This document shows, piece by piece, positions 63,336 to 64,000 of a stretch of DNA of 64,000 nucleotides. A program made the position numbers and the translations under genes. This stretch comes from an uncultured Lentisphaeraceae bacterium (GTDB lineage Bacteria > Verrucomicrobiota > Kiritimatiellia > RFP12 > UBA1067), in the NCBI GenBank assembly GCA_964482645.1, contig CAYZYQ010000001.1, positions 31,271-95,270 on the forward strand. Reading direction: 5' to 3'. Each line of letters starts with the position of its first letter. Position 1 is the first letter of the stretch. The notes below the pieces were generated by a model. That model saw only the letters and a list, made by a program, of their open reading frames with translations. It searched no databases and was not told where the DNA came from.

Positions 63336-64000
63336 CAGTCGAACTCAACATCACGAAAACCGTCTACGGCGGCGACGGTCTGGGGCGTCTGGGCGACGGG
63401 CGCGTGTGCTTTGTGCCGGGCGCGTTCGCGGGCGAGACCGTCCGCGTGGAACTCGTCGAACAGAAAAAGAAATTTGTTCGCGCCCGGCTTGTCGAACTTC
63501 TCAAGGCTCTACCAGATCGCGCGGCGGCGTTGCCGCCCGAACGGCGTGTGCCGGGCATGGTCTATGCCGACGTCGCCTACGCGGCGGAATTGCGCTTCAA
63601 GCAAGATCAGCTTGAAAACTTCCTCGGGAAGGTGGCCCCGCACGTACGGCCGTTGACCGTCGTACCCGCGCCGAGTCCGCTCAACTACCGCAACAAGGTC
63701 GTCTACCACACGGAACGGCGCGATGGACGCTGGTTGCTCGGTTATCGGACGGAACCTGAACACCGCGTGGTTGACGTCGTGGACGATCCGCTTGCCTGTG
63801 CGGCGATCAATGCCGCGTTGCCCGAAATCCGCGCGAGCGTGTTCGCGCTTCTCACGCAAGGGTCACGCGCGGCCCGCCAGTCCGTAAAAGCGGCCGACAA
63901 CGTGACGATTCGCTGGACGCCGCTTGACGGTGTGAAATGGTGGCTGGGCGATGCGCCCGCCCATCTGGAACTTCACGAACGGACGGACAATCGAACGTTC
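63332..64000 (+). CDS. RumA/RlmD-like 23S rRNA (uracil-5)-methyltransferase, 5' partial (continues past window)
   Basis: N-terminal TRAM-like region (TKTVYGGDGLGRLGDGRVCFVPGAFAGETVRVELVEQKKKF) characteristic of RumA family; ATGA overlap with guaA stop. Confidence 0.7.
   Translation, partial: MTVELNITKTVYGGDGLGRLGDGRVCFVPGAFAGETVRVELVEQKKKFVRARLVELLKALPDRAAALPPERRVPGMVYADVAYAAELRFKQDQLENFLGKVAPHVRPLTVVPAPSPLNYRNKVVYHTERRDGRWLLGYRTEPEHRVVDVVDDPLACAAINAALPEIRASVFALLTQGSRAARQSVKAADNVTIRWTPLDGVKWWLGDAPAHLELHERTDNRTF

Overview
This is a high-GC (about 65-68%) bacterial chromosomal segment, probably from the Planctomycetes-Verrucomicrobia-Chlamydiae group, Kiritimatiellae or Lentisphaerae, judging by Tat-secreted sugar isomerases and Gfo/Idh/MocA oxidoreductases, autotransporter-associated beta-strand-repeat proteins and large secreted beta-helix and carbohydrate-binding proteins. 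The housekeeping backbone reads clearly on the indicated strands: the pyruvate-phosphate dikinase 3' end, miaA, an Opp/Dpp-type ABC ATPase, gyrB, a waaA-TPR fusion, uxaC, purM (-), rpoD, an RNA-recognition-motif protein, an aroK-aroB fusion, a Na/Pi cotransporter, mgtC, an rluA-like gene (-), a DUF1015 protein, an M24 aminopeptidase, ppiB, a recD2-like helicase, a Ca/Na antiporter (-), tRNA-Ser(TGA) (-), apt, guaA and a rumA-like 5' end. Most long ORFs on the opposite strand of these genes are GC-driven artefacts and are not called. The most unusual part is 42.9-57.8 kb. A ~45-bp sequence that forms the convergent 3' ends of recD2 and the antiporter gene occurs three times as a direct repeat and delimits two tandem, lower-GC insertions. 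The first insertion (about 42.9-54.4 kb) is a tightly packed eight-gene minus-strand operon with no recognisable integrase. Its products include a ~985-aa protein with an N-terminal tubulin/FtsZ-like GTPase signature, a ~800-aa Hsp70/actin-fold ATPase, a secreted ectodomain-coiled-coil-transmembrane protein, a 4-TM membrane protein and several coiled-coil or unknown proteins. A 19-nt poly-C/G homopolymer sits in the operon's promoter region, suggesting phase variation. I do not recognise this gene combination as a described system. The second insertion (about 54.4-57.8 kb) is AT-rich and carries a PD-(D/E)xK nuclease-like fragment, a SIMPL-domain gene and small iteron-like repeats.
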